DNA of 64,000 bases from an uncultured Staphylococcaceae bacterium. GTDB taxonomy: Bacteria; Bacillota_I; Bacilli_A; RFN20; CAG-826. The stretch spans positions 1,194 to 65,193 of the forward strand of contig CAYSPV010000003.1 of the NCBI GenBank assembly GCA_964433025.1. Direction: 5' to 3'. The notes under the pieces are model-generated. The model saw only the letters and a program-made list of their open reading frames with translations. It was not told the DNA's origin and searched no databases. This document shows positions 58,665-64,000 of this stretch, piece by piece. Position 1 is the stretch's first letter, and each line of letters opens with the position of its first letter. Made by a program: the position numbers and the translations under genes.

Positions 58665-58714
58665 ACATTAATATTAAAAAAATATAGCATTAATTTATAT
58701 TAATGTGCTACAAT
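58665..58714 (+). promoter_or_regulatory. greA promoter region: extended -10 TGcTACAAT (58706-58714), overlapped by a perfect 10-bp inverted repeat ACATTAATAT (58665-58674) / ATATTAATGT (58697-58706).
   Basis: Sequence inspection; the IR arms are 22 nt apart. Confidence 0.4.
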
Positions 58715-58742
58715 ATTTTGGCTAAAAAGAGGTGTAAAAACG

Positions 58743-59210
58743 ATGGAAAAAATTCAATTAACAAAAGAAGGTTATGATAAGCTTACATTAGAATTAAGAG
58801 ACTTAATTGACAATCAACGTGAAGATAATAAAAGACAATTAGTGGAAGCTAGAAGTCAAGGCGACTTATCTGAAAACGCTGATTATGATGCCGCTAGAGC
58901 TAGACAAGCTGAAATTGAAGGTCGTATCAATGAAATTGAACATATTTTAAATAACTGTGTAATCATTGAAAATGGTAAAAGAACCACACGTGTAGGTTTA
59001 GGCTCTAAAGTTAGAATTAGAAGATTAGATAATAATGTAGAAGAAACATATACAATTACAGGTACAACTGAAGCTAATCCATTTGAAAATAAGATTTCAA
59101 ATATCTCTCCATTAGGGGAAGCTTTAATGGGTCATAAGATTGGTGAAATAGTTACTGTTAATTGTAAAAATGAATATCAAGTTGAAATTTTAGAACCTGT
59201 TAAAAAATAA
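58743..59210 (+). CDS. greA: Transcription elongation factor GreA.
   Basis: The N-terminal stretch LTKEGYDKLTLELRDLIDNQREDNKRQLVEARSQGDLSENADYDAARARQAEIEGRINEIEHIL matches the GreA coiled-coil, and it is followed by an FKBP-like C-terminal domain. Confidence 0.9.
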   Translation: MEKIQLTKEGYDKLTLELRDLIDNQREDNKRQLVEARSQGDLSENADYDAARARQAEIEGRINEIEHILNNCVIIENGKRTTRVGLGSKVRIRRLDNNVEETYTITGTTEANPFENKISNISPLGEALMGHKIGEIVTVNCKNEYQVEILEPVKK

Positions 59211-59270
59211 ATATAATAAAAATTAGTAAATTTTTAAAATCCCTCCTTATAGATAGTAAGGAGGTTTTTT

Positions 59271-59807
59271 ATGATAAAGTTACTTATTGGTGTTATTGTT
59301 GCCACATTTGTGGTTATCATTGGATTTTTAATTATTGATCCATATGTAAGCATAAATTCGGCAAGTACAGCTGTTAATGTCTCTTCGACGACTATGTATT
59401 CTATTTCTATTGAAGGCGAAGTAGAAAAGCCAGGAACATATGTATTAGAAGACGGTGTAAGTATGCAAGATTTAATCGATGCAGCGGGTGGATTAACTTC
59501 TAACGCTGATGAAAGATCTTTCTTTTCAACTGCAGTTCTTACACAAGGCATGACCTATTATATTGCACCTTTATATGACGCTAGTGATATTTGTAATACA
59601 TTAGAAATTGAAAAAGTTAATGTAAACACTGATGATGCTGATACTTTAATGACTATTAATGGTTTTAGCTCATCTGTTAGCAACGCAATTGTTAGCCATA
59701 GAACTGAAAATGGTAATTTTGAAACAATTGAAGCACTAGAAGATGTTTATGGTATAGGTCCTGCTACTTACAAAAAAGTGCGTAATTATGTGATTTTACA
59801 CACATGA
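59271..59807 (+). CDS. comEA: ComEA-like competence protein (TM anchor, SLBB and tandem helix-hairpin-helix).
   Basis: HhH motifs in NTDDADTLMTINGF...LEDVYGIGPATYKKV. Confidence 0.75.
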   Translation: MIKLLIGVIVATFVVIIGFLIIDPYVSINSASTAVNVSSTTMYSISIEGEVEKPGTYVLEDGVSMQDLIDAAGGLTSNADERSFFSTAVLTQGMTYYIAPLYDASDICNTLEIEKVNVNTDDADTLMTINGFSSSVSNAIVSHRTENGNFETIEALEDVYGIGPATYKKVRNYVILHT

Positions 59808-61816
59808 TCGCTCTTATTTGTTTTATTGGAATATGGTTAGGCCTATGTCTAATTAGGTCGCCTATCTTATTTCTTTCTCTCGGCGGTATTATCTCTTTAT
59901 TTGTCTTAAAAAGGTTTAAATATAAAGTTTTTCTTCTCTTTTTATCTCTATTTGTAATCTTTGCTTTATTAAGAATCGCTATAAGTTATATACCGCCGAG
60001 TATTTCTAATAATTTTGGAATTGTTACTTATTCAAAAACTAATTATTTGATCTATTGGAGCAATTTTCAAAAATATTATGTCTACATTAAGGATAATCCT
60101 TATCAAGTAGGAGATGTGATAGTTATAAATGGTGATATTTCTAATTATCAATTTTCTTATTTAGAAAGCGGATTTAACTTTAATACCTATTTAGAAAATA
60201 AAGGTGTTTTTTATCAATTAGAAAATATCAGTGTCTCTGAAATATTTATATTTCCGATTAGATTAAATGATATTAAAAATAATTTTTTAAGCAATTTTAG
60301 TAGTGATAATCAAGCTTTTATTGAATCATTAATATTTGCTTCATCAACTTATGATGATCCATTTTTATCAACGATGTCGAGTATGCATTTATATCGATTA
60401 ATGTCGACATCTGGTTTATTTGTTAACGCTATTTTAAATGGATTTGTTTGGATATTAGCCTTAAAAATTAAAAAGAAATACGCTAAAGTAATTGCTTTTA
60501 GTTTTCTTTCTTTTTATCTAGTATTTACTTTATTTAAGTTTTCTATTTTAAGACTGACTTATTTATTTATCTTAAGATGGATAAATCAATATGTTTTAAA
60601 AAATAAATATTCATATTTAAGCATATTATCTTTTTCTGGTATTAGTTTTTTAAGTGCAAATCCTTATTTAGCTTATCAAGATAGCTTCATATTAGGTTAT
60701 TGTATTTCATTATTTGTTTATTTTGTTAGAAACTCATTTAGCTTTCTTTCTAAAAATAAATTAAACATATTAATTGTTTTTAGTGTTTTCTTATTTTTTA
60801 TCCCATTTGAAGCATCTTATTATAATGAAATATCCATCTTCTCCTTTTTAATAGTGGCCTTACTTTCTCCATTTGTGATCATTATAAGTGTAGTTTTATT
60901 ATTATCTTTTTATAAAATTCCTATTTACAGTGCGGGTGATTTTTTAATAGATGGTTTTAAAAATGTCGTTAATTTTATAAATCCCTATATGGTTAATATT
61001 CATGTAAGTGAGATGAATATATATTTAATGCTGATATATTTTGCTATTTTGATTTTGATTTTATATATCTTTAGTCTTAGATTTAGACCTTTATATTGTT
61101 CTTCATTATTATTTATAGGATTTTTAATCCTATATTGTGTTCCTTTTAAAACATATGTCTATGATCAAGTTACATTTATTAATGTTGGACAAGGTGATTC
61201 AACATATATTCGATATAACAATAACAATATCCTAATTGATACAGGTGGAAGTTTATATCAAGATGTCGCAACTGAATCTATAATTCCTTTTTTAAAGAAA
61301 AATCAGATTTATTCTTTAGATTATGTAATTATTACCCATTATGATTATGACCATTATGGTGCACTTTCAAGTTTACAAGAAAACTTTAAAGTCAATAATG
61401 TCATAGATTCATATACTAGTTTTCCTTTAAATATTGATGGATTAGTTATTAATAATTTAAATAACCATATCGCAGAAGAAACAGATGAAAATAATAAATC
61501 ACTCGTGCTCTCATTTACTCTAGATGATGCATCTTTTCTAATAATGGGGGACGCTCCTAGTAAAATTGAAAATTATATTATTAATGAATACCCTGATTTA
61601 GAATGTGATGTTTTAAGAGTAGGACATCATGGATCATCTACATCAACATCGCAAGCTTTTATTGAATTTTTAAAGCCAAAAGAAGCTATTATTTCTTGTG
61701 GATTAAATAATTCATATGGCCATCCAACTGATTATGTTTTATCAATTTTAAAATATTATGATGTCGAAATTCATAGAACAGATTTACAATCTTCGAAAAG
61801 TTATTATTTTAGATAA
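59804..61816 (+). CDS. comEC: DNA internalization competence protein ComEC/Rec2.
   Basis: Polytopic membrane domain plus C-terminal metallo-beta-lactamase (INVGQGDS...HHGS). Confidence 0.8.
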   Translation: MIALICFIGIWLGLCLIRSPILFLSLGGIISLFVLKRFKYKVFLLFLSLFVIFALLRIAISYIPPSISNNFGIVTYSKTNYLIYWSNFQKYYVYIKDNPYQVGDVIVINGDISNYQFSYLESGFNFNTYLENKGVFYQLENISVSEIFIFPIRLNDIKNNFLSNFSSDNQAFIESLIFASSTYDDPFLSTMSSMHLYRLMSTSGLFVNAILNGFVWILALKIKKKYAKVIAFSFLSFYLVFTLFKFSILRLTYLFILRWINQYVLKNKYSYLSILSFSGISFLSANPYLAYQDSFILGYCISLFVYFVRNSFSFLSKNKLNILIVFSVFLFFIPFEASYYNEISIFSFLIVALLSPFVIIISVVLLLSFYKIPIYSAGDFLIDGFKNVVNFINPYMVNIHVSEMNIYLMLIYFAILILILYIFSLRFRPLYCSSLLFIGFLILYCVPFKTYVYDQVTFINVGQGDSTYIRYNNNNILIDTGGSLYQDVATESIIPFLKKNQIYSLDYVIITHYDYDHYGALSSLQENFKVNNVIDSYTSFPLNIDGLVINNLNNHIAEETDENNKSLVLSFTLDDASFLIMGDAPSKIENYIINEYPDLECDVLRVGHHGSSTSTSQAFIEFLKPKEAIISCGLNNSYGHPTDYVLSILKYYDVEIHRTDLQSSKSYYFR

Positions 61817-61903
61817 TTGATTATTTTATTTAAGTGTAATTTTTTTACATTAAAATTGTAATTATTTTCCTATATTGTATAATATAAGTGCAGGAGGACA
61901 TAC

Positions 61904-63007
61904 ATGCTTAAAAAATTTAAAGTTAATAATTTTAAAAATTTCAAAGATGATTTGATTATCGATTTTAGTAACACCAGAGACTATGATTTTAATAAAAATT
62001 TAATTAAAGACGGTCTAATAAATAAAGCCATTGTATTTGGCTATAACAATTCAGGTAAATCTAATTTAGGTTTTGCTATTATGGATATAACAACCCATTT
62101 AACTGATAATTTAAAAGGTGATATACACTACAAATATCCTTTAAATTTAGAGACTAATAAAAGTGTTTCTACTTTTGAATATATATTTTCCTTTAAAAAG
62201 GGTGAGGATATCACTTATAGATATGAAAAAGATTTACAGAGAAATTTAAAATCTGAAGAAATATTAATTAATGGTAAAAGTGTTTTTTATTATAACTACG
62301 ATACTAACCTATTTAATAATTCTTTGCCTGATATTGATCAAATCAATCTTTTCAATAGAACAGAAAAAATATCAGCCTTAAAATTCATTAGGAATCTAGC
62401 CTTTAAATTTGATGATGATAATCCTATAAAATTAATAGTAGATTTTGCTAATGATATGCTTTGGTTTAGAAGTTTAAGAAGTAATGAATTTGTTGGTGCT
62501 CTTGCAAATGGTGATGATATATCAGATTTTATAATTAAAAATAACTTAATAGATGATTTTCAAAACTTTTTATATAGTCTAAAAATAGATGAAAAAGTAG
62601 AAGTAGCGCAGACCTCATTAGGACCATATCTTTTTATTAAAAAAGGTAATCTAGCAGCACCTTTTTTTGAAATATGTTCTACAGGTACAGGATGTGTAGC
62701 CTTATTTTATTATTGGAAAAAATCATCTTTTAATAAGATAAGATTCTTATTTTTAGATGAATTTGATGCCTTTTATCATGAAGAATTATCATATCTACTA
62801 TATGAAATCTTAGTTAAATGCGATAATTTTCAAACTATAATTACTACACATAACTCATCACTAGCGACAAACAAATTAACAAGGCCTGATTGTGTAATGA
62901 TATTAAAAAATAACAAATTAAAACCTCTATGTGATCTAACCAATAAGGTATTAAGAGAAGGTCACAACTTAAGAAAACTCATGGAAGCGGGAGAATTTGA
63001 TGCCTAA
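61904..63007 (+). CDS. AAA_21/ABC-type ATPase (RloA-like / AriA-like abortive-infection family).
   Basis: N-terminal KVNNFKNFKD; Walker A GYNNSGKSN; Walker B/D-loop FLFLDEFDAFYHEE. Confidence 0.65.
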   Translation: MLKKFKVNNFKNFKDDLIIDFSNTRDYDFNKNLIKDGLINKAIVFGYNNSGKSNLGFAIMDITTHLTDNLKGDIHYKYPLNLETNKSVSTFEYIFSFKKGEDITYRYEKDLQRNLKSEEILINGKSVFYYNYDTNLFNNSLPDIDQINLFNRTEKISALKFIRNLAFKFDDDNPIKLIVDFANDMLWFRSLRSNEFVGALANGDDISDFIIKNNLIDDFQNFLYSLKIDEKVEVAQTSLGPYLFIKKGNLAAPFFEICSTGTGCVALFYYWKKSSFNKIRFLFLDEFDAFYHEELSYLLYEILVKCDNFQTIITTHNSSLATNKLTRPDCVMILKNNKLKPLCDLTNKVLREGHNLRKLMEAGEFDA

Positions 63008-63713
63008 TAGTAAAATATTATTTATTGTAGAGGGTAAAAGTGAACAAAATTTTATAAACAAAACATTAAACAAATTTCTAAATTTAAATAAATATTATGA
63101 AATCATAGAATATAAGACTTCAATATATGAACTATATGATTTGATAATAAAAAATGATGATTTATCATTAACATCAATATTATTGATAAACAATAAAATA
63201 GATCCTAACTTATCAAATAAATATCAATTAGATTCAACATTTTCATATATTTATTTAGTGTTTGATTTAGACATCCAATACCATAAATTTAGTAAAGAAA
63301 AACTTGCCTATATGGTGAAAAGATTTTCAGATCCAACCGAAGAAGGACAATTGCTGATTAATTTTCCGAAGTTTGAATCTTTGTATGACATTACTAAAGA
63401 TTTTAAAGATGAAGAAATTAACAAATTAGTGGATAAAACAACTAGTAAACAATACAAGACATATGTTAAAGAAATATCATATGCTAATATCAATAATCAG
63501 TTTTATAAATTCTTATTAGATTTTGATTTATTTATAAAAGTTAGTGATTTTAACAAAAAGCGATATTTATCTTTAAACAAACTCGATAACTATTATGGTA
63601 TTGATACAATCAAAACATTTAAATCTGTAATGGATATATTTATCCAAACTAAAAAGATATTTGTTTTAAATATGATGATTCTTTTATATTTTGAGTTTCA
63701 TAATCAAATCTAA
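62997..63713 (+). CDS. RloB-like / Toprim-like (DUF4435-like) protein. It overlaps the ATPase gene by 11 nt.
   Basis: N-terminal ILFIVEGKSEQNF matches the RloB/OLD-Toprim ilvEGktE motif. The later VFDLD...NFPKFESL matches the RloB FDrD...cFElW region. Confidence 0.55.
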   Translation: MMPNSKILFIVEGKSEQNFINKTLNKFLNLNKYYEIIEYKTSIYELYDLIIKNDDLSLTSILLINNKIDPNLSNKYQLDSTFSYIYLVFDLDIQYHKFSKEKLAYMVKRFSDPTEEGQLLINFPKFESLYDITKDFKDEEINKLVDKTTSKQYKTYVKEISYANINNQFYKFLLDFDLFIKVSDFNKKRYLSLNKLDNYYGIDTIKTFKSVMDIFIQTKKIFVLNMMILLYFEFHNQI

Positions 63714-63807
63714 GTTCTTTTTTGTTATGTCTTAAAACCTAGATAGTGGCTACATAATTTAAAAACTTACCAAATTTAGTAAAAATATATTTACAATATA
63801 TAATTTA

Positions 63808-63841
63808 ATCGATATAATGTTATCGATAAAAAAATATCGAT
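63808..63841 (+). promoter_or_regulatory. Three ATCGAT-containing boxes (ATCGATA / TATCGAT / TATCGAT). The first two form an inverted repeat, separated from the third by A7. They lie between a TATAAT -10 (63799-63804) and the rex RBS.
   Basis: Direct sequence inspection. Confidence 0.35.
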
Positions 63842-63857
63842 TACTAAAGGAGGTAAT

Positions 63858-64000
63858 ATGGCAAAACAAGAAATAGTCTCATATCCAATAGCTACATTAC
63901 AAAGATTACCTTCATATTTAAGGGTCTTATATGAGTATAGGAGTAGAGATGAAAAATATATTACATCAGTCGCTATAGGAAAGGTATTAAATATCAATGC
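63858..64000 (+). CDS. rex: Redox-sensing transcriptional repressor Rex, N-terminal fragment (runs off the window).
   Basis: IATLQRLPSYLRVL...YITSVAIGKVLNIN aligns to the Rex winged-helix N-terminus. RBS is AAAGGAGGT. Confidence 0.55.
   Translation, partial: MAKQEIVSYPIATLQRLPSYLRVLYEYRSRDEKYITSVAIGKVLNIN

Noticed and set aside
1-64000. CRISPR arrays or other long tandem repeat arrays.
   Set aside because: No regularly spaced direct repeats of 25-40 nt were seen. The only notable direct repeats are the ~970-bp paralog duplication junctions.
1-64000. UGA-as-tryptophan (Mycoplasma/Spiroplasma code 4).
   Set aside because: The long housekeeping ORFs (infB, pnp, alaS, ftsK, glmS) are intact under the standard code with TGA used as a terminator (for example the small-ORF/rimO junction ATGA). 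Standard code assumed.

Overview
This 64 kb window is from a low-GC (about 26-28% GC) bacterial chromosome that uses the standard genetic code. It carries a Firmicutes/Mollicutes-like housekeeping backbone, mostly on the + strand. At the left edge is a truncated htpG with a CIRCE operator. After it come malQ, a MacB-like ABC transporter and rimO. A tRNA-Thr(GGU) at 8517-8590 is followed by a roughly 10.6 kb accessory island. The core genome then resumes with the rimP-nusA-ylxR-infB-rbfA operon, truB-ribF-rpsO-pnp and galU. Next is a glpA-like/NAD-FAD oxidoreductase/DUF1667 triad, then rnj, ftsK, acpS, pullulanase and plsC. A minus-strand block holds an atypical lipoprotein and an rsmF-like gene. 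It is followed by pdp, dtd, mnmA, a T-box leader plus alaS, ruvX, a DUF1292 gene and glmS. Split chrA genes, greA, comEA and comEC follow. The right edge has an ATPase/RloB-like gene pair and the start of rex. The island lies between the tRNA and the end of the McrC gene (about 8.6-19.2 kb). It reads as a defense island: a DUF4238 protein, an orphan DinJ/RelB-like antitoxin, a GmrSD-like type IV restriction enzyme, a McrBC-like system with an unrecognised N-terminal domain, and four tandem divergent paralogs. Each paralog combines an unknown N-terminal domain with a degenerate GNAT (Acetyltransf_3-like) domain. Two promoters in the island place 16- and 19-nt poly(A) tracts exactly between consensus -35 and -10 boxes. 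That architecture is what phase-variable promoters look like. A recurring AATAGTG[G/C] box sits upstream of five island genes. The paralog array with these promoters is the strongest candidate for an undescribed system in this window. A second candidate two-gene defense module (AAA ATPase plus RloB/Toprim-like protein) sits at 61.9-63.7 kb. No CRISPR array, integrase, transposase or rRNA was seen.
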